A stretch of DNA of 64,000 nt from Daphnia carinata (Eukaryota). The stretch covers positions 2,542,001 to 2,606,000 of the forward strand of contig NC_081334.1 in NCBI RefSeq assembly GCF_022539665.2. The letters are read 5' to 3'. The translations under genes and the position numbers were made by a program. Below the pieces are notes generated by a model. The model saw only the letters and a list, made by a program, of their open reading frames with translations. It did not search any database and had not been told where the DNA came from. Shown piece after piece: positions 1 to 12,735 of this stretch (position 1 is the first letter of the stretch; the number at the start of each line of letters is the position of its first letter).

Positions 1-2214
1 CGGAAATGCTATTAGTCCTATCCCAGCCACAAAGGATGCGATTGCCATTGCTTGGCTTCGAACAACAGTAGGTAGGAGCTCGCTAGCGTAAAGGAAAATG
101 ATTCCGAATGAAGCAGCTATTCCAAATTTTCCGATCATCGCCAAAGTAACGGAAATCCACAGGGGATCTGCATTTCCATTAGCAAAGAAGCAAAGCACGG
201 TAGAGTAATGTGTCCAATAACAGGCCAATGTGAGAAAGTGTTTGAGAAAGAAGTAATTCTTCGTAATTGTAAAAATTGTCTGCATAGTTACGAAATTCAT
301 ACGTGAATATGCAACAACATTGTTTCGCTTACCTTCTGGAACTAGCATACAACAGCAACAGGCCAGGCCACCGAGTAACATGGTTAAACAAGTGACCCAT
401 CGACGGCCCCATCTGCTCATTGCCCACCATGTCAGGACGTAGGCTGGGGCTTCAACGACTGCGTTGATAAAGAAAGCCAACGTGTCTGAAACACCGAGAT
501 TCGACGAGTTGTACGAAAGGCCATTGTATGCCACTGAATTGGCAAGCCACAGAAACGTCAGAATGTAAAATTTACGACGCATGTTTGGATAGCGCAACAG
601 TTCCAGCATAGTTCCCTTGCTCGGCTGATGCGACGGATGACGAGGTATTTCCTGTTGTTCTTCCGTTGACAGCTTAATGTTGATATCCGTCTGCAACATT
701 AAGTCCGTATGCTAGATGAATTACACCATAAAGAAAGGACGAAAAAATCACAAATCTATGGCGTCATGTACTGTACGTCAGAGTTTTACCTGCTGTAAGC
801 TTCGCAAATAGTTTGGTGGTATGTTCCGTTTATTGATCCGAGCGATACGTTGAACTATGGCCTCTGCTTCGTCGATTCGATTTCTACTAAGTAGCCACCG
901 GGGAGACTCGGGTACAACCCAGTAATACCTTTGAAACATATTGTGAAATAAAAACATTTGGTGTTGGGAAATAAAAAAAAAAAGTGGGAGACTGTGAAAT
1001 TAAAGCCACTAAGTGACGTAAAAAGAAGCAGTGCATAAAGACTTACCCAAAGAGAGGTAGGAATGGAACGGATGTCGCCAATGCGAGATGGAACCAATGT
1101 CGCAGAAAATGGGCCAGCCCGGCAAGTAGAGCGAGTGACAGACCAAAGAACATGCTGATCCCGTTCCCAGCAAAGGTCCTGAATTCAGGGCCTACTAGCT
1201 CCATCACTGTTTCAAGAAGAGCCTGTTTAAGCTAACTGTGGTTGCATTCATGCCACATCTGTTATGCATTCTTATGAATAGTGTCTAAACAGCATGCAAA
1301 AAGAATCTCTTCGATATCTTCTTAGAAAATTCAAGCAACTTTTTCTTTATAATTTGAACACAAATTCTACTTAAAGATGTTGAAGATGAAACAAGTAAAA
1401 GACTCACCAAGAATATATGGAATCTGGAACAAGGCTGGGAAAGTCAATCCATTTATGGCACGGAAAACCATGTAGACTGTGTAATTTGGTGAGAAGGCTG
1501 TAGCAATTGAGAGAGTAACAGCCATGTAGATCATTAACAAAAAAGAAATCCTACGTCCCCATCTAAATAAACGTATAAAATTAACAAATCCACTGAGAAA
1601 CTGAGCACAATGCAAAGTGTCTCGTACTTATCGGCGATCCAACCAAAGAGAAGGTTTCCAAACAGCGACCCTACGTAGAAAAGGGTCGTTGAAAAAGATG
1701 GCAGCCACTTGTTGTCACAAACTAAATTCAACTAATAAACGAACACGTAAATTATTTCAAATTCAAATCAGCTTCCAATAATAAACAAACTAACGTCAGT
1801 AACTAAGGTGGCTTCGTACTGAGTCTTGTCATATTCCCAACCGTAGAGGCAGTTAACGACCGGCCATGTTGAATCTACGATTGGCTGGGAGAGTGACGTG
1901 TTATTTGCTGGCCATATACCAGCCAAGATCGTTTCTGGCAATATTTGATTGTAATCGACGTGGTACATTGTACAAGAAGAGTATTTTGTTCCATCAAACG
2001 GGATGGCCAAGGCCTTTCGGTTCTCTATGGTAAGATTGGCCAGCTGTGGTATTTGACACCAATGACCGGGTGTGGCCGATAGAAACACTTGATTAAACGC
2101 AAGGAAAGCCGCCGGTATCGTGGCTGGAATGCACAACAAATAGTAGAGAACCGTTTGATATCGACCTTCGGCTCCCAAAGATTCCAACACTGAATCAAAA
2201 TTGATTGATGCCAT
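1..2214 (-). CDS. SLC22-family organic cation transporter (multi-exon, 3' end runs off window)
   Basis: N-term 'FDSVLESLGAEGRYQ', extracellular loop 'HWCQIP...CTMY...CLYGWEYD...TLVTD/LNLVCD', MFS motifs 'ADKWGRR' and 'ESPRWL', and 'YASELLPTVVR' near the window start; GT-AG introns, e.g. 1732-1794. Confidence 0.92.
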
Positions 2215-5200
2215 TCTACCTCAATCCACGTTTAGTACGTCAGCCCTGAAGATACCAAGAATTATTTCAGATTTAGTTTATTGCTGCAGTTTGAACAATG
2301 CTTATGGTGTTATTTCGATGCAAATTGTTATTACCTACCTGAGAAAATAGTTTTTTAAATGGCACTGGTATAGTTATGGCATGTAGAATTGAAAACAGAA
2401 CAGGATCCTCAATCGATTAGGTCATCTGGAGTACATAAGTCTGGTGAAAACATCAGGAAAAATGATCAAATACGGCAGCTTTTTAATAAAAAGTTTACAA
2501 CTCCTAATCAATTAAGATCATATAAATAATATGATAATATGGTAACCACACGTAAACGCTCAACGTCGTAACCTACGAGCTTTCCTGAAAGTCATGCAGC
2601 CAAACATAAAAACAACAAAATGATATCGAGAAATCAGTTCGGAAAACGACGAGGTCAAAACCGAATACAATCTTCGAGTTATATTGGTCATTCCTTCGTT
2701 TGAAACAAATACTAAATTAACAACTGGCCTAAAGTAGGTAGGCTGGACGGCGAGAGAAGTCCGTCTCCCGAGTGATCAGCTGTTTCCCGCAAAGATTGAT
2801 CCCATCAAGGCATCAACGGGCCACTTAAGAAGAGAGCGCTTCGTTAAATTTTCTTTCCAGTCATAAATTGGACCATGATCACCACTTCCTTTGTGCAACC
2901 TCCTACTTTTTGTTGATTTATTTTCAGTCTATTGCGTTGCTCAACGCGCCGTTCGGCCGTATATGTAGAGTTTGCGTTCTTTCTAACCTGGCAGCGAGAC
3001 ATTATCTAACAGCGTATGTTCTACCGTGATAAGCTTATTCGTGACGAGAAGCCTGATTTTAGCCGTGTTGGCTTCGCAATGCAACAAATTCGGATTCAAA
3101 TACGTCAATTTTTTAAAATATAATACCATCAAAGTTAAATATGCATCCCATTTATGGAAGCGTACAAAATAAGGTATGTCGTGTGCGTCACTCACCTTGC
3201 TAACTAGCCGTTTCATAATTTTACGGTGATCACCATTCACTTTGAGCTGTACACTTGTGCCCTGAACGAATAACACATAAATAAACAATATTAATCGCTA
3301 ACAACTTTTCACAGTCTTCCAGGCCTGCTGGCTGCTGTTGCTACACTGTTACTAATTTAAACGTGATGCATTCACTGGAATTGTAAGCCTATACAAAGCA
3401 CGCTTTGCACAAATTGGTTTAATTGAAAAGACTATGATGGCCACACGGCCGTACAAGTCTCGCTGACTACGAGTACTGTTCAGACTCAAAACAAACCGCG
3501 GCTGTGCGTTTCTCTTATTTTACTCATAGAGTTTCCTCTCGAAGAGCCAGTCTCTATGCACAGCTTTTTTCAGATTGTATTTTTTCTTTCAACTTATACT
3601 CCTCCCACCCTGTCCTCCGGCTTCTCACTCTTCATTGACGTTAGAATATAGGCTGCGTGTGTCGGGTATTTCCTGATGTAGCTGTTTGCATTACTCAGAC
3701 AGCGTGAAATGCACCCGTACACCACACGCGACCGACGTCCTGCCGTGCAGCCGTCTCTGTCTAAATGTCTGACTGTGCAATTATGTAATCTAACAGCACG
3801 CTTGTTTATGATACAAAGTACCCCAAAAAATTTTATTTATAAATCTAGGCATAATAGCTAATGATTTTATAAGGTAAACGCGCGGATAACGTTTCCCAAT
3901 TTCGAGTTGTTTTGTGGGCATCGCTAAATTTATTGTTTTGAACTTTTTTTTTAATTTATTCCAATCGATTTGAAAGATAATATGGAAAATGATCTTTAGG
4001 CTTTTTTTGTTCTCAGTGTACAAAAACATCCGTAACGTTGGATTGTTTAAAACTGAAGCTCTGCTGCCCCGTTCCAAAATAAATCAAAGAGGAAATCTTC
4101 AATGCCTTATAGCAAACACTTCAGCAATCAAACGAAACATCCTGTTGTGTGCAACCCTTAAAATGTACACAGCGGCAAAAGAGGGCCGTTCTAGGCCCAT
4201 TCAATACGACCCCATTTATACGCTCTAGTTTTTGTTACAACCCTAAAGTATGAGTCGTATTTTGTCATACTCTGGAACGATGACGTGTTTAGTGGCAATA
4301 ATAAAAAAAGGCAATTGAACTAGACAGTGCACGACTCGCTTCTCAAAAACGATGCTCTACAGAGTACTATCCATAGGTCTAGTTATACGGGCATTCGTAG
4401 GGTATAAGTCAGTCCCACCTATTAACAAGCGACACTTCTTGTTAGGGGATGCACATAATCACGATAGCTAAACATCGCCAAGATGCCAACTACTTTCGCT
4501 TTTTCCATATTGACCTTTCTCTATAAGGCATTTAAAAATTCATCGTCTGAAATATGTGAGCTGCCTATAAAATAATTTTTTTTTTGCAGGTAATTCTAGG
4601 AAACGAAAATTAGAAAGATGTCGCTACCACATTCTTGTACTGAATAACCTCAAAGTCATTTCTCTTTACTCGCGTCCTTATATGGGCAACGTTTATCGTA
4701 GTGATTTATTTCTAAAGAAATTAAATAGAACTATTGTTGTTTAACCTAGTTCTTATGCTCAAATTTACGCATAGCGATTAGTCATCGAGAAAACTCGTTT
4801 TTTTAACTCTTGGTATTCAAATTCATTGTAATTGTTAAGAATGGGGCCGTTGGTCCCCTGTTTGAATGGAAACCTGAATGTCCGACCAGCAAAAGTGAAA
4901 GAAACATTTGAGGTGTATGAACCCATGTAAATAAAAAAAGAATTTTAACGATGCAACTCTAATTTTGTTTTTCTCTTTCTTCTGACATAACACCGCTATT
5001 TCTCGATTGAAGAATGTGTTCCAAGTTCTTTCCATTTTCTTGATGAGTCCTTTTACAGTCGTACAGAACAGAGTACGAATAGGGAAAGATGATCTATAGA
5101 TAGCTACGTGACTACGGTCCGCAATGTTTGTAAACATTGCTGTTTTGTTGATAAACGAAGCCATCTGTTTAGCGACTTGCATTGATTGCGTAAGCACGCT

Positions 5201-6550
5201 GACTTCATACGCAGCTGGGCAGATAAATCACAACAGTGATACTTGAAAAGATGATGATATATAGGCATTATGAAAAATCTTGGCCAATTTTTAAACGTTG
5301 CTAGATATTCAAGAACAATCTTCTGTTCGAAAATTGGCAGAATATAATGTTTTAGACACGCATGGGTATTAACTGGCCGAGAAAAATTCGATAGTGGCTA
5401 AGAGAAAACGAAGAATCCCTACAAGTGATTTCAAACGAGATGAGGAGCAACAGAAGCCCCTAAAGGAAGGTGAATCGAGGCCAAAGAAAACACGATACAA
5501 CAACTGTAAAAATCCTATTCAAATGACGAATATTTTGCGTCAACAACGCAAAATTTTGAAAGTAAAAATCTTAAGCGTGTTAACCTAATGTGTCTGTGTC
5601 ATACTAGATGGGAAATGAACACACCAAAAACCAAAATTGGCATTACCTGTTTATCCGTTGCTTGACAACAAAACGAAGATGAAGAACATGTTCACGTAAG
5701 CTGAAAGTTAATCTTAGTTGTGTTGAATATTAAAATGCTTTTCGGCACGAAGTCGCAAAGCATTTTAATAGAAGTCACAAGATGGTCCTCCTTCGGTAAA
5801 GTAGCACGACTACGATTAGGGGGCACCACAAGGCATGCACAACAGTTATGGACACTGAAAGTGATAAAAATTGATGGGAAATCGGCAAATCGCACTCAAC
5901 CACATAACAGTTCAAAAGTTTTCTTTCTTATCGTTACGAACTCTGTGCGGCCTTCACATATAACTGTACTACATTCACAGTAATCACGACTGACGATTGC
6001 GTACGTCTCTTTGAATCAACGTCAGAGTTCGGTGTGTGTGCATCGTTGGCTGATCGTGCACAGCAGTAGAAAAAGCTAAGGTCAACTTAAACTGTAAACC
6101 GATTGCATTCCAATGTTTCCTCAGTCGAATAATGTCAAGGCCAAGCTACAAGCAATTTTGAACATCCAAATGTTATCAGCTGAATAGCCTGATGCAAATA
6201 ACCAACACCTGACACCATTAGCACCAGGAATGCTTATTGTTGCTACAACAACTATGGTAGGCCTACATGTTACAATCCTGATATAGCTTTAAGTATAGAT
6301 GTCCACTGTCACTCAAAAAAGGGATAAAATAATTGAACACAACAAAGTGAGTAGGTACGGTTTAAAAATTTTATGTATTAAAAGGATTTTGTAAACTTGT
6401 GTCCGAAAAAAGAATTTTGAAGTTAGAATTTACTATTTACAGGCCAAATATTTACAAAAGAAAAAAAAACAACTGGGAGACAATAAGCTCAATCGCTGAC
6501 AACATTCCACCAAGAAGCTCCTGAACAAATCCTCTATAATGGCAAGCTGT

Positions 6551-6743
6551 TCAGAGTAGTGAACTGACCACATATTTCAGGGGCCATTTCACCGCTCTTG
6601 ATACATAACCACCATGAAGAACAAAATTTCCATCAGGAGAATCCTTTCCTTTTACAGCTCCTTAATAAATCCCCCATATTGGAAATCCGATCAGAGTAGT
6701 GAGCTGACCACATGTTTCAGGGACCATCTCACCGCTCTTGATA
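6551..6743. repeat. Tandem duplication with ~140 bp period; best-conserved 53-bp cores at 6551-6603 and 6691-6743
   Basis: TCAGAGTAGTGA(A/G)CTGACCACAT(A/G)TTTCAGGG(G/A)CCAT(T/C)TCACCGCTCTTGATA twice, 4 mismatches; weaker similarity continues upstream at the same offset. Confidence 0.85.
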
Positions 6744-6788
6744 GTAAGCCAATATAGGTTTTTTTGGCAAGGTTCTCTGGTTGTCGTG

Positions 6789-7598
6789 TTAACATCTCCT
6801 ATAGGTACCCGCGTCTTTCCGGACCCATCTGTATTTCGATGTCGTGTTGCCACTAGCCGACTGGGAACTGGAAGCTGGAGCAGTAGGGGATGGCTTCTGT
6901 CTATGGTTCCATCGGCTAGGCCGCTCTCGGGCAAAGTCTTGAGAGGGTCTTTCTTCCAGGCGTTGATCGACAGACGGTTTGGCATGATCCTGAGAGGCGG
7001 GTGTTCTCCCCTCTGGTTTCTGTCCCAAGCGATCGAAGACAGATGTCCGTTTCACAGGCTCTGGTTGTTTGTCGACCCTGTTAGTCGGTACCTTTACCTC
7101 TCGTACCATTGCTTCACCGCGGGCAGCTCCGACGTGTATGGTGAGTTCAACGGGCAGAAGCTGTTGGCGTTGCTTCTGCTCAGTCGTGACAACGGTGTTC
7201 GGAGCTGGATGAAGTTTCTTCTCGGTGCTCTTACGCTGGACAGAATCACTGCCAATCCTACCGCCTCCCGAGCTGGGTGGCACGCGGGATGGATGAATTC
7301 CGATAGCCGTGCGACAAACTCTTTTGCTCGGAGGAAACTCGAAGCATTCGCCGTCCTCAGGTGCAGGCCTTTTGCGTGACGGTTCAGCTGGGCGGGATGC
7401 TGGAGTAGATGGAAGCACCGTTCGATCCATGCCACCTGTGCCAGACTGGCCGCTGCCTAGCTGAATGGCGGGTGGTGGTGGTGAATATCCTCGCCTCGCT
7501 TTCTTCGTCGGCCTAATATCGTCTAATGATGACTCGTCTTCTCGTTTGCGCTTACGGCAGTCTGCTTGGTGCGAAAACAATAGACTTAAGGATTCCAT
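6789..7598 (-). CDS. Intronless orphan basic, Pro/Ser/Arg-rich disordered protein (~269 aa from ATG 7598)
   Basis: Long stop-free GC-elevated ORF; NLS-like RKRKR...PTKKARR and RKRP...PPSKR; motifs SVFDRLG, SVDQRLE, SKYRWVRK. Confidence 0.5.
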   Translation of the reverse strand: MESLSLLFSHQADCRKRKREDESSLDDIRPTKKARRGYSPPPPAIQLGSGQSGTGGMDRTVLPSTPASRPAEPSRKRPAPEDGECFEFPPSKRVCRTAIGIHPSRVPPSSGGGRIGSDSVQRKSTEKKLHPAPNTVVTTEQKQRQQLLPVELTIHVGAARGEAMVREVKVPTNRVDKQPEPVKRTSVFDRLGQKPEGRTPASQDHAKPSVDQRLEERPSQDFARERPSRWNHRQKPSPTAPASSSQSASGNTTSKYRWVRKDAGTYRRC

Positions 7599-8520
7599 TT
7601 CGAACGTATTGGAAATCACAATTTGAGCTGAATAAATCACTGAAAAATTGCGAACCTTTATGGGTGGGAGGCCTGCGGAACCATGGCTAGGAAGTACCAT
7701 TTTCGCCTATTTTCCCTTATTTCTAATAAACGTGCGCTTGAGAACATTTCCTATTACGATATATTTCGAATTTAACTTATAAAGCATCTAGTTCAATAAT
7801 ATATTATTCATTTAAATTTAAATTTGAATAAATAACAATTGAAAATGCAGCAGGTCTCTTAACAGCCGTCGAACAGCTGATTACGAAACAGTAGGCGTTG
7901 GCATTTTCGTGCAAAATTCGAACATTATGCGAAGGCTTCCCGAATTGATGTTGGTCGCATCTATGTAATCAGTGAACGCACGCACAGAAAAAATAAACAG
8001 TTCAAATTTTTATCACTTTTTTATCTCATGGCAAGATATAACACATGCAAAGATTTTTGGAAATTCATTTTGTTTGCTGTTTTTAGATGTAAAACCATGA
8101 CATATGTGATAAAGAATTTTAAAAAATCATTTATAACCATGGTGACAAAGGAAAAGGTGCACACTGTTCAGCATCATCACGCTGGATCAACAAGTAGTCT
8201 TGTCCAACAAAATGTCACAGATAGAATCTGTTAACTGAAAGTAATAGAGGAAGCCTCTTCAAAAAGACACCTGTTGTTATGACCAATGATTGTCTATCCT
8301 GCAAAAAAAAAAAATGAGGTAAAACATTTTTGAAAACCAAATCTCAAGGAAAAAACCTGAAACGGCTTGATTACTAAACTATAATGAAGGCTGAAGTATG
8401 ATTAAGCAAACAAGTTACACATTCATTCCAAAAAACCGTGAAAAAAATAAATGAGTTACTATACCTGAGAACTCTACAAACTATGATGCTGTAATAAAGG
8501 TACACATACTTTTCTTCAAG

Positions 8521-8724
8521 CTATGTGGAACACCCACCATTGGCACAGCAACTGCAACAGAGAAAGCAAAGTTCTACGCAGTTACACAGTGCATAATAGA
8601 GACCCATCCAATAAAGACATTCACATATGGTTGTCTGTTCAGGAGATGCCTGTACGGTGACTTCTTTAACCGGCGGAGGTTCACTTGTTACGGCTAGATC
8701 TGGTTTTATTGTCTCATTTGCCAT
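8521..8724 (-). CDS. Small 67-aa protein with Pro-rich N-terminus and Cys-rich hydrophobic C-terminus (CYSTM-like)
   Basis: MANETIKPDLAVTSEPPPVKEVTVQASPEQTTICECLYWMGLYYALCNCVELCFLCCSCCANGGCST; acceptor-like TTCAG shortly upstream of the ATG. Confidence 0.55.
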   Translation of the reverse strand: MANETIKPDLAVTSEPPPVKEVTVQASPEQTTICECLYWMGLYYALCNCVELCFLCCSCCANGGCST

Positions 8725-11700
8725 AATTAGTTCTGAACCTAACTGAACTGATTTGGGTAGATTATGACAGAATGCACAGAACAGGCAGACACAAATTAGT
8801 GAACTACGGTGCCTAGCAACCATTTGAGGGTTAGATTAGAGGACAAAGTAGCCAATCCGAGGAGGTATGATCCAACCGGAAAGGCAAGTGAAGGTCACCT
8901 AGCGGCCATGAAAACGATGGCTGGTTGTTCAACAATAGATTTTCAATATCCTTAAATCAATTGTGCAATTAATCAAATATAAACAACTGGAAAGTGTTCA
9001 GACGTCATTATTTATTCGGACATGGCAAAATTAGATGTGATAACATTGTTTTGCTATTTTAAAATACTGACTACCTATTCGGCTGGCCTGAAAGTTTCAC
9101 TTGGCAACAACTGGATCCGCCATTACATACAGCATCGCGAAAGAAAGGGAAAAGTGATTCCAGTAGCATCTCCGACATCCTCCTAGCATTGCACAATTTA
9201 CGATTAAAGAACACAATATTGGTAATCTGGTACATATTTGCTTTGCAATGCTAACGTTACCCTGTCTGTATGTCTAAAAACTAAAGATTCTAAATGACCA
9301 ACTTGTGGTGATATAAGTTTTTTGGAAAAAAAAACTACTGTGAACGTCTAATGTTCGACCATTAGACGTTCCCATTTTTACAGATGCCATTTTCCCAAAA
9401 TTTTATCTACGACTGGCATGCGACTAAGACTAGTATTACTGGCAATTTTCGTCATTTAGGCATTTTTGGAAACGTAAGTCACTTTCTGAACAGAATATGG
9501 TTCAACGTACGGGTTCAAGTGAGAGCCACATGGTTAATAATGTAAGTTTAAAAACAGCACTTGTCTCTGTGCGTTTGGAAACAGAACTTGTACCAAATTG
9601 ATTGGAGGTTAGAGTACGTTATCGGTAAGGGACCAAGAGAAACGTAAAAGGAGAAATTACCTGGGTGAAAACTGTTCTGAATCCGGATTGTAGTTGTTTC
9701 AGCACGGAGGCAAACGAAAAAGTTGTCATAAAGAAACCTGAGACTGAAATGAGACGTACGCTTTCGGCCATTTTTAACTTCGTTTTGCTGAAAGTAGAAA
9801 GAACGGTAGTCGCGGTTTCGGTGTATTCCCTAATGTTTTAGATCCAGTCTCATCCCATACGATGCCTTAAGATACAATACGCTCATCATTCCATTACCTT
9901 ACTGTTAAGTAAAAAATATTTTGTAAAATTTCCTGCTAAGCGATACGTGCCACCTGGGAACTGTTATCCTCTACAGGAATTCGAAGTAAATGCCAATGAT
10001 TTCGTAACATTTACCTTTGCCACAGCATGTCCCGTTGCACTGTGCCGACCAATACTAGTTTTCAAAACAGAGACAAGGCGGTTTTTTGGGTAAATCTATT
10101 ATCGCCATAATAGAAACAAGCAAAATATTTTTGGTGTTTCTTATCGTCTTGTTTGCAAACTGACTACCTCCGACCAACGATGGAATGTTTTCCGATTTCC
10201 ATCATTCACCTAACTATCTAAATAACGTTCGTTTGTGTCTATGCAGGTGTTGCCGTGCCTTTCCAGAGCGATGAATTCAATTTGTAAGCAGAACTAGTCG
10301 CAGTTTTGGAGAAGAGAGGCGTTACGACGTTCGACGAGTAACAATGAAAGCCAAACACAAAAAACAGGTACAGATCTTTCAGCATATCGTTCCATCCTGT
10401 CTTTTCAACTCATTCTTGGAATGGACTTTCTTTATCTACGTGGAATGAGATCATGCACGTGTTGCGTAGTAGTTCTCAGTCATTCAGCAATGATTGCGTA
10501 GGCCGATAGCCCAGGTAAACTATGCCTTGTACGTTCAAGACCAAGACAGATAGTAGAAATGCAAAAAAATTAATTAGTTCGTCGTCAGATAGTAACTAAA
10601 AGGACACGTACTGTTATTTATTATTATTGGGGACCTTCAATGATTTAAAAAAATCGATACAGATAACCAAACGAAACTGCAGATTGTGGCTACTGTCGTT
10701 TGACTACAGTAATGAATACTTGACGTTGGTTTTTATATAGACGAAGACATTATGATTTTCGACGTGCAAATTAAGTCGTTCGACTTGTTTTGGTTTCAGT
10801 AACCTATCGGTGTATAGGAGAAAGGAAAAACAGCAGTTGATCAAAAACACGATTATTCCTTTCCCTTCTTATTATGACAACAGAGGACATTGACAGGGCG
10901 ATTATTCATTAGAACTGACTAGATTATTGTTCAACGTAGAAAAGACCGAACGTAATGAGAGAAAAGCAAAACTCCAGTAATTTTTCCTTTCTTTTCTTTT
11001 GTCTTAAAGAAAGCACACATTGACAAACATTGATGGTTCTAGTCCATAATAGGCATGAAATTAGAAGAACTGGCATTGCGTTATAAGATTCCTAATTATC
11101 TAATACCGGCCAACTTGTCCAGACTTCCCGTCTGAACGAATTAGCAACAAAATAGCGCAGAAACTTGATGTTGATTGACAAATGTGAAAACAGATGACGT
11201 AAAATGTGGTGAAAGCGTTCCATGCCAATAGCCTGCTAATCTTAATATCGTGATTGAAGCATGTAATGTTTCAAGCTTTTCCTTGCTCGTGCAACTTTAC
11301 TAAACTTGATTTAAAAAAAGAGAAACGTCGAAAAAGCGGGAATTTTTTTTTCCATTGCGTTTTTCACTACTTTCAATATCAATTTCAGTACTTCATCCTG
11401 ATCAGTAAGGCACAAAGTAAATGAAATTAGTCCTTTTACTTAAATGTCCTCTAAGTTGTTAAATACGCATTGGAGTTAAGTTGTTGGCCTAATTTCAAGA
11501 TTTTTGATGTTGTCCCATTTCAACCTTTCTTTTCGAATTTGTAACAAGTTAGTATCGATGTCCCGTCGTTTGAATCGTGTCACTTCTTTTGCGACACCCA
11601 AACTGGAATTAACCCAGCAAGTTAAAATTCCCCTTTTCGACCCCGTAACAAATGGAACGCGAAGGGCCAACATAACGTGTCGTTTTCATTAACTGACAAT

Positions 11701-12735
11701 TGCGCAACGCTGCGTGCACCACATTAAAAATGTAATTGGGAAATACTTCAATAACATGACTTCAACTCCATAGCCGCCCGATAACCTAATCTTTCCCTGT
11801 ACGTGCTATCGTTAAGTATACCATTAAGCTGCCGCACGCAAAAAAAGAAGCCGTGCCTTTTCTAACCTTTAGGTTAAATTTTAATTATTATCGGATTTTC
11901 TCCAATATCTGTTCTGAAACTTTCCATTGGACAATGTGACAGACATTTCGAAATCGATGTGAAGAACCTTTGGTGCATTAACACTTAATATGGCTGTATT
12001 AATGCGTGTCAAAACCGGGGAGAAAAACATGAATTTGAAATTTGAAAAGAGAGAAAGAGAGAGGAATCTGTGTGTGGACTTGGCAGATCTATTTCTTAAC
12101 GATCTAGGTATCAAAACACATTTCTTTTGTAAAGGTATCAAAAGCTGGTTGTGATAACAACGTGGACGATCAAGTTTGTCAACTGCATTTGAAACCGCAA
12201 TGGGTTAACGGCACGTAAACAGCTCAAACCGGGAGTACTCCTTTCACTTGTGTAGATTGCTGGGTGATGTTTGTTTTCGAACGACCGACGCAAAGGAGAC
12301 TGGCCGATGCAGGTACGATGGACATTCTGTTAACCTTGCACCTTACACTGGTTTTGCAAGTTTTTTCTAAAGTGACACGTTTTCTGTACACCCAGGCGAT
12401 AGTTTAAAAAGAAACGCTTGCCGATTTCTGTTCACCATTCATCGTTGGTCCGGTGGCGAATCAAGAAACTACGTTCGTGAAAACAAACTTTATTAAAGGT
12501 AAAAAGCACTTCATCCAAATTGTATTAAATACGCGTCTTAAACGCATTGCTAACTACCATTCACACACCTTTCGTTTGTCAAAATTAACTGAATTCTTCG
12601 CATGTTGGTTAAAGACTTTCCTGAGGTGTGAAGACAAGCACTGAAACTAAATTATTCATATTTTAGTTTTTCTAGGTGTCCTGTTCAGTACTGAAACCTC
12701 GTTGAATATATTTGCTGATTGGAAAACTAACAGCG

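Noticed and set aside
4835..5983. Short ORFs upstream of the SLC22 gene
   Set aside because: No recognisable domain and no consistent exon chain could be built
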